From assembly GCA_964648845.1 (NCBI GenBank), contig CAZYNO010000001.1, positions 1-33,943 of the forward strand: a DNA stretch of 33,943 nucleotides. The letters run 5' to 3'. The number at the start of each line of letters is the position of its first letter. The stretch's first letter is position 1. The DNA comes from an uncultured Bacteroides sp. Lineage in GTDB: Bacteria; Bacteroidota; Bacteroidia; Bacteroidales; Muribaculaceae. Of the stretch, positions 1-8,703 are shown one piece after another. The notes under the pieces are model-generated. The model did no database searches. It was given only the letters and a program-made list of their open reading frames with translations, and had not been told where the DNA came from. The translations under genes and the position numbers were made by a program.

Positions 1-464
1 ACCTCACCCGCATGTACATCGAAGATCCGCGCCTCAACTCAAACATCCTCAAATCGTCGCTCAACTATGCCGTGGTTAGCGTTATCGACCCGAGTCTTCC
101 CTCCGACGACTATCGCAACTGCTACGTGTCGAATGCAAGCGAAACCACTATGCCGGCGCTGCAACGTTCAGACAAGAACGCCAACTACACCCGCATCAGT
201 GACCTCCTCGTTGAAGATGCTTCATACATCCGTTTGCAAAACCTCTCGTTAGGCTACACCTTGCCGAGCAACCTCACTCGCAAGGCTTATATAGACAATG
301 TGCGCGTCTATTTCAACTGCCAAAACGTATTCACTATCACCAAATATAAAGGCTTAGACCCTGAAGTTGGTTCGCTGTACGGTGACGCTCTGAAGACCGG
401 AGTTGACTACGGTCGTTATCCTTCACCTCGCATTTACACATTTGGTATCAACCTATCATTCTAA
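1..464 (+). CDS. susC: SusC/RagA TonB-dependent transporter, 3' end (partial, truncated by window)
   Basis: C-terminal SusC signature (VEDASYIRLQNLSLGYTLP...GLDPEV...YPSPRIYTFGINLSF, ending in F); directly upstream of susD. Confidence 0.95.
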   Translation, partial: LTRMYIEDPRLNSNILKSSLNYAVVSVIDPSLPSDDYRNCYVSNASETTMPALQRSDKNANYTRISDLLVEDASYIRLQNLSLGYTLPSNLTRKAYIDNVRVYFNCQNVFTITKYKGLDPEVGSLYGDALKTGVDYGRYPSPRIYTFGINLSF

Positions 465-484
465 CCCTTTAAATGCGAATCAAA

Positions 485-2173
485 ATGAAAAATAAAATAT
501 TAGTAATGTTGGCTCTCGGATGTGCTGCCACACTCAGTCTTAGCTCGTGCGACGACTTCCTCACTTCCGCAAACACTTCAACAGCCAACCAATCCACATT
601 CTACGACTCTGACGACGCTGTTGCCACATCAACCGCTACGCTCTACAACTACGTGTGGAACAGTTTTAACGACAAGGCATACTACAGCATGGGCGACGGC
701 CGTTCGAACAACATCACCGCCCGCTGGTCAGACTATATCTACCCATACACCAACTTCACCGAGAACTCTCTGAGCCCCGGCTTGGGCGACTCGTGGGGCG
801 CTTTCTACTCAGTCATTGCTCAAGCAAACTTCACTATCAACAACGTGCGCGACTATTCTGCGTCGACAGTTAGCGAGAGTGCAAAAATACAGGCTTATGC
901 CGAGAGCCGTTTCATGCGCGGCCTGGCATATTGGTATCTTGCTTCGCTTTGGGGCAAAGCTATCATATATGAGGACACTGTTGAGCAGATGGAAAACTCA
1001 GACGTGCCTGCCAATCGCTGTGTTGACGTTATGGAGTTTGCCATCCGCGACCTCGAATATGCCGCAGCAAATCTGTCGAAGACACAAGCCAACCCCGGCC
1101 GTGTGACTTGCTACAGCGCTTTCGGCATCCTTTCGCGCGTATATCTGTCAATGGCAGGCTTGACCACCGAAGGACAGTATGACGGCACAAATGTTGCCAC
1201 CGACTTCAACCGCGGTGTGCGCAATCCCTACTATCTCGACCTTGCCAAGAAGGCTGCCGAAAAGTGCATAGCCGGCCCGTATAAATTGCTCGACAACTAC
1301 GGTGACCTCTTCAGCGTTGAAAAAAACAACAACAACGAAGAGTCAATCTTCCAATTGCAATGGCTGTCAGGCTCAACCGACGCTATCGGCTGGGGTTGCA
1401 ACAACTCAATACCCGCCTACTTCTCGTGGTCGACAATGGTTGGCGAAACAAACTGGGGCAATGCCACTTATGCTTCATACGACCTTGTGCGCACCTACGA
1501 CCCGCAAGACCGCATACGTCGCCACTACACCATCGCTACCGTTGGCGAATATTATCCCGACCTCAACGTTAAAAACGGTGGCTACACCTACAACGTCACC
1601 GAAGACGGCTACACCAAAAAATGCAACGTCAAAAAGTATGTTATCGGCAAACTTGAAGACAACGGCATCAGCTATCAGCAATCATCAGGTTTGAACACCT
1701 ACATGATGCGTCTTGCCGAGGTTTATCTCAACTATGCCGAGGCTGCTCTTGCCAACGATGCCAGTACAAACGATGCCCAGGCACTCTACTACTTCAACCT
1801 CGTGCGCACACGTGCCGGAATGCCCACTCTCAAGCGCATCACTTACGACGATATTCACTACGAGCGCCGCATTGAGCTCGCCTTTGAAGGTCAATATTGG
1901 TACGACCTCATCCGTCGCTCATACTACGAGCAACAAGAGGTTGTGAACTATCTCAACAACCAAGACCGCAACGCAAGCTACGTCTGGGACGAAAGTGAAA
2001 AATGCCAATATGCAAAGACCGACGACGCTGACGACGTGTCGACAGCAACCGTATCGTCGCTCACTCTGCCCATATCGGATGTTGACCGCACTCGCGACCC
2101 CAAACTTGGCGACGACCCCGTGCCTTACACCTTTGGCCCGCGTGAAATCTCTGAAACCGAATTGTTCAATTGA
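485..2173 (+). CDS. susD: SusD/RagB family glycan-binding lipoprotein
   Basis: Lipobox LSSC-DDFL; SusD motifs AESRFMRGLAYWYL, MRLAEVYLNYAEA, ERRIELAFEGQYWYDLIR. Start placed at ATG 485 (MKNKIL). Confidence 0.95.
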   Translation: MKNKILVMLALGCAATLSLSSCDDFLTSANTSTANQSTFYDSDDAVATSTATLYNYVWNSFNDKAYYSMGDGRSNNITARWSDYIYPYTNFTENSLSPGLGDSWGAFYSVIAQANFTINNVRDYSASTVSESAKIQAYAESRFMRGLAYWYLASLWGKAIIYEDTVEQMENSDVPANRCVDVMEFAIRDLEYAAANLSKTQANPGRVTCYSAFGILSRVYLSMAGLTTEGQYDGTNVATDFNRGVRNPYYLDLAKKAAEKCIAGPYKLLDNYGDLFSVEKNNNNEESIFQLQWLSGSTDAIGWGCNNSIPAYFSWSTMVGETNWGNATYASYDLVRTYDPQDRIRRHYTIATVGEYYPDLNVKNGGYTYNVTEDGYTKKCNVKKYVIGKLEDNGISYQQSSGLNTYMMRLAEVYLNYAEAALANDASTNDAQALYYFNLVRTRAGMPTLKRITYDDIHYERRIELAFEGQYWYDLIRRSYYEQQEVVNYLNNQDRNASYVWDESEKCQYAKTDDADDVSTATVSSLTLPISDVDRTRDPKLGDDPVPYTFGPREISETELFN

Positions 2174-2193
2174 TAAATAACTCAAAGACATAT

Positions 2194-3606
2194 ATGAAAA
2201 GTTATAAATATATTGTTGGCGGCGCTTTGGCGGTGATGGCTGTCAGCCTTTCTTCGTGCAATGCCGACGATGAATACTTCGACGAGAAATATCAGTCAAC
2301 AGCTATCACTATTGATAAAGTGTATCTTGAGGACGCCGACTCTGATGTGCCCGACCGCGAGGTGACATTCGCTCGCCAGGGACAGATGATACGTCTTGAA
2401 GGTAGCGGTTTCATGGGCATGAAGCACGTCTATATCAATGGCTACGACACATATTTCAACCGCGCCTACGTGTCAGACAACTCTATGTTGGTGCAAATCA
2501 ACAGCAAAACTCCTATCACTGATGCCAAGGCCGAAGATCGCGACGTTATACGCCTTGTCAAAGACAAAACCGAGACTTCTTACTCATTCACTGTGCGTGC
2601 CGCTTCGCCCACAGTGACATCAATCAGCAACACCTTGCCGCAAGCCGGCGAGACTGTGATTGTCTACGGCACAGGCCTGCAAGAGACTTCAAGCGTTGAG
2701 CTGCCCGACGGCACCGAAATCACCGAGGGCTTGGCAAGTGACGACGTTGATGGCGAATGGTACTCGTTCACAATGCCCGCAGGCGTCACCGCTTCAGGCT
2801 CACTGATGTCGACCGGCGCTAACGGTCAGTCGAAATCGCCCGCCTATTTCAACAACCGCGATTGCATGGTGCTCAACTTTGACGGTGAAGGCACTCAAGG
2901 CTATTGGAGCTGGACCGAAACAGGCTCAATGATTAATGCTGACGACCTTGTTGACGATCCCCTCAACTCGGGCCGCGGCAAGTGCTTGCAATTGGTGCCC
3001 GACCGCTTGCTCGAAACCGGAGTTTCGTCGGGCAAACCTCGTGTAACCGAGTGCTGGACAGCAGGCAGCGGCAATGATATGGACGATTGGACTCGCATGA
3101 CAAGCTACATCCCCGCATCAACTCCGCTCACCGAGGTGGCACTACAATTCGATATCTATGTGCCCGAAGCTTGGAGCGGCACAGGTCAAATTCAAATCTC
3201 ACTCATCAATAACTACAACCTCACCGGCGTAGGGTCAGGCGATGATAATAGTGCTTGTATGACTGCATTCTACGTGCCCTGGATTGTTGACGACGTTATT
3301 GTACCCTTCAAAACCACAGGCTGGACAACAGTGACAATACCCTTCTCGCAGATGGGCAAATATGCCGCACTCATTGCCGACACTGAAGAGACCGACCCAA
3401 CATTCCAAACTGTGATTGACGACCGCAATGCCGCCACCTATAGCAACTTTGGCATCGGCTTTGTGAACACCGACTTCACCCTCAACAATATTGACTATGT
3501 ATCGTCGCTGTTCAACGGCCCGAAAATCTACATCGACAACTGGCGCGTGGTGCCTTGCAAGAGTTTCACAATCTCTGACTATCCCTCGGCTGATGACGAA
3601 CAATAA
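2194..3606 (+). CDS. Surface glycan-binding lipoprotein (SGBP-B type, IPT/TIG-like domains plus C-terminal binding domain)
   Basis: Lipobox LSSC followed by an acidic export-like segment (NADDEYFDE); Ig-like segments (GQMIRLEGSGF; PTVTSISNTLPQAGETVIVYGTGL); Trp-rich C-terminal half; position right after susD. Confidence 0.8.
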   Translation: MKSYKYIVGGALAVMAVSLSSCNADDEYFDEKYQSTAITIDKVYLEDADSDVPDREVTFARQGQMIRLEGSGFMGMKHVYINGYDTYFNRAYVSDNSMLVQINSKTPITDAKAEDRDVIRLVKDKTETSYSFTVRAASPTVTSISNTLPQAGETVIVYGTGLQETSSVELPDGTEITEGLASDDVDGEWYSFTMPAGVTASGSLMSTGANGQSKSPAYFNNRDCMVLNFDGEGTQGYWSWTETGSMINADDLVDDPLNSGRGKCLQLVPDRLLETGVSSGKPRVTECWTAGSGNDMDDWTRMTSYIPASTPLTEVALQFDIYVPEAWSGTGQIQISLINNYNLTGVGSGDDNSACMTAFYVPWIVDDVIVPFKTTGWTTVTIPFSQMGKYAALIADTEETDPTFQTVIDDRNAATYSNFGIGFVNTDFTLNNIDYVSSLFNGPKIYIDNWRVVPCKSFTISDYPSADDEQ

Positions 3607-3627
3607 CCTTTTTAACTGAAAATTGAC

Positions 3628-5493
3628 ATGAAATCAAACAAATATATTATTCCGTTGGCTTTGGTCTCGCTTGCCCTTGCCGGCTGCGACGACCAAATCA
3701 TGGAGTGGCAAGAAAAAGACAGCACCGTGGGTGTTGCCGACCTTCCGCTTGAACTCAAGGAGAAGATTGCCCTCTATGAGCCAATAAAATCGTATGTGCA
3801 GCAATACCATCCCAACCTCAACGTTGCCTTGGGCATGGGCGCTGACATGTATCTTGACAAAGAGCAATACAAGTCAATTGTCGACGAAAACTTCACCGGT
3901 GTAACCCTCGGTAATGCCATGAAGTTTGGTGTGGTGTGCAGCAGCAGCGGCACTCTGAATTATACCACCGTCGACAATATCGTTAAAGCATTGCCCGCCG
4001 ACATGAAGCTCTACGGCCACAACCTTTTGTGGCACACACAGCAGCCGCAAGCATACCTCAAGTCGCTCATCGCTCCGAAGATGGTAGTCACCAACGATGG
4101 CGCCGGCGGAGGCGTTGCCAACTTGCTCACCGGCGATAGCAACAACTTCAACAACGGCACATTTGGCAGTTGGGCTTCTTGGGGCTCAAACAAAGACGAG
4201 GGAGTTATTGATGCCACAGGTGGCAAAGACGGCTCATCGTGCGCCAAGCTCACCAATAAGGGCGATGGCAACTATTGGGACGCTCAATTTGCCTATACAT
4301 TCGGCTCTCCGCTCAGCAATTCGGATACTTATGTAATAAAGTTTAAAGCCAAGTCGAGCACGGCTGCCGGTAAGCTGCAATTCCAATATCAAAACAGCTC
4401 CGACTACAGCAAGCAGGGTGGTTACCACGAATTTAGTGTAGGCACTTCGTGGATAGATTGTGAATTTGAATTTACGCCCACTCTTGACGACGCCAACCGC
4501 ATCATTATCAACTTTGGCAAGGTTGACGGCACATACTGGATTGATGATATCGAATTTGGTATCAAGGTTGACGGTGCTAAAGGCGTGCGTCCGCTCGCAA
4601 CAACCGTCACCTACGAGCCTAAAACCGCAGCCGAAAAACGCGAGATTTTGCTTGGCGCTATGGAAAGCTGGATTAAAGACATTATGCAACACATGGGCGA
4701 CCGTGTTGATGCATGGGATGTTATCAACGAGCCTATTGCCGACGGCAGCAACAAGTGGCGCGGCTTTGACGGCGCATTCGGCGGCTCTGACAACGACGGC
4801 AACGCCGACTCTGCACCCACCGAGACTGCCGACGAAGGTCTCACCCTCAACTGGGCTTCCGACTCGGGCAATCAACACTGGTATTGGGGCTACTACGTCG
4901 GCAAAGACTATGGTGTGAAAGCTTTCCAATATGCACGTCAATATTCACCCAACGGCGCTAAATTGTTTGTCAACGACTACAACCTCGAAACAAGTCCTGC
5001 CAAACTTAAAGCACTCATTGAGTTTGTTAACTATATCGACCAAAACGGAGGCCACGTTGACGGCATCGGCACACAAATGCACGTGTCGTCGACAATCACC
5101 AAAGAGCAAGTTGATGCAATGTTCCAAACCCTTGCCGCCACCGGCAAACTTGTGCGCATCACCGAGCTCGACGTATCGTTTGGCAAAGCAACATTGTCGG
5201 CCGAACAAGCAGCAACTCAAGCATCAATCTATCAAATGATTATTGAGTCGTATCTTGCAAATGTGCCCGAGTCGCAACAATCTTCAGTCACTCTCTGGAC
5301 ACTCTCTGACAACGCCAAAGAGCACGAATATTGGTTGAAAGATGACGCTCCCAATATCTTTGACTCAAACTACGAGCGCAAACATGCCTACAAAGGTGTT
5401 TGCGATGCTATTGCCGGCTTTGATATCAGCACCGATTTCAACGGTACTGATTGGAAGTCTATATACCAAGCGTCAGATGACGCAGACATGTGA
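3628..5493 (+). CDS. Surface endo-1,4-beta-xylanase, GH10 with inserted CBM4-like module (lipoprotein)
   Basis: Lipobox LAGC; GH10 motifs GNAMK, GHNLLWHTQ, WDVINE (acid/base), NDYN, GTQMH, ITELD (nucleophile). A roughly 150-aa beta-sandwich insert (YWDAQF...YWIDDIEF) splits the catalytic domain. Confidence 0.92.
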   Translation: MKSNKYIIPLALVSLALAGCDDQIMEWQEKDSTVGVADLPLELKEKIALYEPIKSYVQQYHPNLNVALGMGADMYLDKEQYKSIVDENFTGVTLGNAMKFGVVCSSSGTLNYTTVDNIVKALPADMKLYGHNLLWHTQQPQAYLKSLIAPKMVVTNDGAGGGVANLLTGDSNNFNNGTFGSWASWGSNKDEGVIDATGGKDGSSCAKLTNKGDGNYWDAQFAYTFGSPLSNSDTYVIKFKAKSSTAAGKLQFQYQNSSDYSKQGGYHEFSVGTSWIDCEFEFTPTLDDANRIIINFGKVDGTYWIDDIEFGIKVDGAKGVRPLATTVTYEPKTAAEKREILLGAMESWIKDIMQHMGDRVDAWDVINEPIADGSNKWRGFDGAFGGSDNDGNADSAPTETADEGLTLNWASDSGNQHWYWGYYVGKDYGVKAFQYARQYSPNGAKLFVNDYNLETSPAKLKALIEFVNYIDQNGGHVDGIGTQMHVSSTITKEQVDAMFQTLAATGKLVRITELDVSFGKATLSAEQAATQASIYQMIIESYLANVPESQQSSVTLWTLSDNAKEHEYWLKDDAPNIFDSNYERKHAYKGVCDAIAGFDISTDFNGTDWKSIYQASDDADM

Positions 5494-5521
5494 ATGATAG
5501 TATTTCATAGAATTAAATTTG

Positions 5522-5558
5522 TGCAAGCGGGCGACGCGAGCTGCTCGCTTGCATTTTT
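5522..5558 (+). terminator. Intrinsic terminator after the GH10 gene
   Basis: TGCAAGCGGGC...GCTCGCTTGCA stem followed by a T-tract. Confidence 0.75.
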
Positions 5559-5644
5559 CTACGAAAGACGGGCTTTGCGGTGAAAACTGCAAAAGATGCA
5601 AAGAATAAGATAAAATAGTATTATCATAAAATGTATAATATCAA

Positions 5645-5652
5645 TATCTTTG
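5645..5652 (+). promoter_or_regulatory. Candidate Bacteroidetes -7 promoter box for 5797..7146
   Basis: TATCTTTG matches TAnnTTTG in an AT-rich intergenic region; no clear -33 TTTG. Confidence 0.45.
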
Positions 5653-5796
5653 TGACATACATTATCTGTATTTGTCGAACTTGCACCATGATTACAGACA
5701 CCTATGGAAGCCTATATATCACTCACCATTTCGGCACTTAAATCATAATAATTCATTCTTCCTAATAAATATATAATATCTTAAAACACAAATTTT

Positions 5797-7146
5797 ATGC
5801 TAAAAAATTTACTCACTTTAGCCGCTGCAGCAGTGCTTTCGGTCACTGCATCGGCAGGCACCGTTGACATCATGAGCTCTCTCGGCACTTCAGGCGACAA
5901 AGCCACGTACGAGAGCAGCAGCAAGACAATCACTTTCACTGCCGATTGGGGCTGCTGCGGTTGGTGGCTTTCAGACACCGGGGTAGACTATTCAGACTAT
6001 CAGAGCGTTGTGATTAAGTTTGCCGAGCCTGCATCGGCAACTGTTCAGCTCTCTGTTGAGTATGTCAACGCTGACACTCAAAAAGAGATTGTATCGTCAG
6101 GCGCCACTCAAATTGAATGTGAATTTGATAAAACCGCCCGCAGTGCAGTCAAGCAAATGTATCTTCAATTGGCTGCTGCCGGCGATCTCGTGATTTCTGA
6201 GGCTTATCTCGTAGAAAATGAGCCCGAGGTTGAGTATGATACTGTAGAACTTAACCTTAGCAACGACAATCACAATCTTCTTTTATCGGAGTATAAAGAT
6301 TATGACGATGACCTCGAGCTCGATGTCTATCTCACAATCTCAAGTGCTTCAGGCACCGGTGTGGGCTGGGGCGTAGGTACCATCCTTCGCATCAGCGACT
6401 ATAGCAAATCGGTTTATGACTTCAGCGCTAAGGCAGTGTCGGAAGAAGGAGCCGAAAATAAGTACAAATTCACCGTAGGTCAATTCAAAGAATTTGCCAA
6501 ACTTGAAGACGGCACATATTGGGTTGACGAATGGGGCCAAAGCGGTCTTTCGTTCAACCTCTACAACGGCGCCTCAATGAAAGGCATCTCTATATTGGTT
6601 CCCAAAACCGAAGCACCTAAAGAAGAAGTGCTCTTTGAAGGTTCTGAAACATACAAAGATTGGTATCCCGGTTTCACATTCCCGAAAGCAGATCTCGTTA
6701 AAGCCGGTGCCGGTGCCAAACTTGTTATCGAAGTTGAATATCCCGACACAGAAACATCTTGGAGCTACAAGTTGAGCACAAACTACACAAACACAGTTCT
6801 TCCCTCGTTTACTGCAGTCTCAACTTATAACGAAACTTCAAAGACTGCTTATAGCGTAGCAAAGACAGTGACTCACGAAATCACTGCTGAGGATATTGAA
6901 GTTCTTAACGCTTCAGACAATTATGATAACAGTGTTCACATCACTATGGCAGAAACCACAGTTTTGAAGAAAGTGACTCTCGTTTATCCGACAGAAGAGG
7001 CCGGCGTTAACTTTGTTGAGGTTAGCAACGACGAAAATGCCCCCGTTGAATACTTCAACCTGCAAGGCGTGCGCGTTAGCAACCCTGCAAACGGATTGTA
7101 TATCCGCCGTCAAGGCAGCAAATCAAGCAAGATACTTATTAAATAG
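5797..7146 (+). CDS. Secreted acidic multi-module protein with T9SS-type C-terminal domain; putative carbohydrate-binding, no catalytic motif recognised
   Basis: SPI signal peptide (MLKNLLTLAAAAVLSVTASA); about three beta-rich, aromatic-containing modules; C-terminal APVEYFNLQGVRVSNPANGLYIRRQGSKSSKILIK tail typical of Bacteroidales T9SS cargo. Confidence 0.75.
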   Translation: MLKNLLTLAAAAVLSVTASAGTVDIMSSLGTSGDKATYESSSKTITFTADWGCCGWWLSDTGVDYSDYQSVVIKFAEPASATVQLSVEYVNADTQKEIVSSGATQIECEFDKTARSAVKQMYLQLAAAGDLVISEAYLVENEPEVEYDTVELNLSNDNHNLLLSEYKDYDDDLELDVYLTISSASGTGVGWGVGTILRISDYSKSVYDFSAKAVSEEGAENKYKFTVGQFKEFAKLEDGTYWVDEWGQSGLSFNLYNGASMKGISILVPKTEAPKEEVLFEGSETYKDWYPGFTFPKADLVKAGAGAKLVIEVEYPDTETSWSYKLSTNYTNTVLPSFTAVSTYNETSKTAYSVAKTVTHEITAEDIEVLNASDNYDNSVHITMAETTVLKKVTLVYPTEEAGVNFVEVSNDENAPVEYFNLQGVRVSNPANGLYIRRQGSKSSKILIK

Positions 7147-7157
7147 TTATAGTTTAC

Positions 7158-8033
7158 TTATGATTCGCTAAGGTGTGTCGCATCTAATTGCGGCGCACCT
7201 TTTTGCGTTTTTGCCATGTGCAGAGCCACGGCATCGTCAGCGTTAGCGCCGATGACAATATTTGCCGCCTCTTTGACCTGCGGCAGAGCATTGTCAACAG
7301 CCACGGCAACGTCGGCCACAGCCATCATGGGCAGGTCGTTGAGGTTGTCGCCGTACACTATCAGACGGTCGGCGCCGGTGTCGGCTTTCATCTTAGCCAC
7401 GGCATAGGCTTTGGATACGCCCGAAGCAAGAATTTCGAGCAACCCGATGCTGCGGTCGTAGGTGTCGCGATAGCACGACACTTGGCAGTCAACGCCGTTG
7501 CGCAGCACGGCGGCTGCGCGCTCAATGTTGTCTACGTTGCCCATGGCGAAAAACAGCACGTGGCGGCTGTCTTCGTTGGTGCTTGGCTGAGCGTTGATGT
7601 TGAAGTGTTTGAGCGGAAGGTTGATGCGCTCGTCGATGAATTTTTGTTGGTAGGGGGTGAGGTTGTTGCCGCAGACATACACTTGCAGCACGTCTTTGCC
7701 GTCGTCGGGCAGTGTGTAGATAAACGGATTGAGGTGCTCGTCGGCAAAGGCTTTGCGTATGGCGGGGATAGCGCCGGCGCTGATGAAGTGTGTGTTGAGA
7801 TAGCGGCAGGCGCGGCAGTCGTATAGCGCGGCTCCGGTGAGCACTATTGCGGGCAAAGCAAGGTTGCACTCGCGCAGCAAGGGCACCACAGTGGCGGGAG
7901 TGCGTGCTGTGGCGCAGGTGATGAGGGCGCCCTCGGCAATGAGGTTGCTGAGGGTTTGTGCCGAGCGGGCGCTCACTTTTACGTCGGGCGAGAGGAGAGT
8001 GCCGTCAAGGTCAGTTATGTAAAGGGTGCGCAT
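7158..8033 (-). CDS. Cof-type HAD-IIB family hydrolase (phosphatase)
   Basis: Motif I DLDGTLL, motif II ATAR, motif III/IV GVSK...YGDNLNDLPMM. Confidence 0.92.
   Translation of the reverse strand: MRTLYITDLDGTLLSPDVKVSARSAQTLSNLIAEGALITCATARTPATVVPLLRECNLALPAIVLTGAALYDCRACRYLNTHFISAGAIPAIRKAFADEHLNPFIYTLPDDGKDVLQVYVCGNNLTPYQQKFIDERINLPLKHFNINAQPSTNEDSRHVLFFAMGNVDNIERAAAVLRNGVDCQVSCYRDTYDRSIGLLEILASGVSKAYAVAKMKADTGADRLIVYGDNLNDLPMMAVADVAVAVDNALPQVKEAANIVIGANADDAVALHMAKTQKGAPQLDATHLSES
7170..7204 (+). terminator. Intrinsic terminator of 5797..7146, overlapping the 3' end of the convergent HAD gene
   Basis: AAGGTGTGTCGCA-TCTAAT-TGCGGCGCACCTT followed by TTT. Confidence 0.7.
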
Positions 8034-8037
8034 AGGC

Positions 8038-8394
8038 CTACAGTTCGCCTGCTTTTTTCATTGCTCGCGGCAACACTATCGACACGTAGCATTGTATCAT
8101 GGCGCCGGCGAGGGTGAAAGCGAGCCAGTCGCGCGGGTCGGCAGAATACCACATCATGAAGCCTGCCACGCAAAAGAAAAATGCGCTCCACACTTGGATG
8201 TGTACCAGGCGGCGCACTCTGAAGTCTTTGCCGCGATATTTTGTGAACAGGCGGCCTACGAATGTGGCAAGCGCGCCCACGCAATAAACTATTTTGAATG
8301 CCGTGTTTTGCGGGCCGAGAATGAGGGGCAGCAAGCAACCGATGCAAACTACCACGAGGCCGCCGTAGATGAGGGCTTGGAGCAGTGATTTCAT
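8038..8394 (-). CDS. Hypothetical membrane protein (about 4 TM helices)
   Basis: Four hydrophobic stretches; tight operonic spacing with both neighbours. Confidence 0.75.
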   Translation of the reverse strand: MKSLLQALIYGGLVVVCIGCLLPLILGPQNTAFKIVYCVGALATFVGRLFTKYRGKDFRVRRLVHIQVWSAFFFCVAGFMMWYSADPRDWLAFTLAGAMIQCYVSIVLPRAMKKAGEL

Positions 8395-8403
8395 ATCAGG
8401 AGA

Positions 8404-8697
8404 TTATTTGTAGATGTAGACGTCTTCGTTGGGGAGGTTCATATTGTGGTTTTCGCGCACTATGCGTTCAATGATTTCCGGGTCGCGGTTGTTCATGCGC
8501 TGGTTTAGGGCGCGATAATACATCATTGAGTCGTTGTTGACGCGTATTTCGGTGCGCAGGCTATCAATGGTTTGGCGGTAGACATAGCTGCGGGGCATAG
8601 AATTTTCCTGGAAGAAAACTATGTAGACAATGGCAGCCATGATTGCCAATCCGGGTATTGAGATGTACTTGCGACACCAAGCTATAAAGCTGTTCAT
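8404..8697 (-). CDS. ftsB: FtsB/DivIC septum formation initiator family protein
   Basis: Short N-terminal TM segment, coiled-coil, and C-terminal IERIVRENHNMNLPNEDVYI resembling the DivIC E..ARE...M....E motif. Confidence 0.75.
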   Translation of the reverse strand: MNSFIAWCRKYISIPGLAIMAAIVYIVFFQENSMPRSYVYRQTIDSLRTEIRVNNDSMMYYRALNQRMNNRDPEIIERIVRENHNMNLPNEDVYIYK

Positions 8698-8703
8698 AAG
8701 GCA

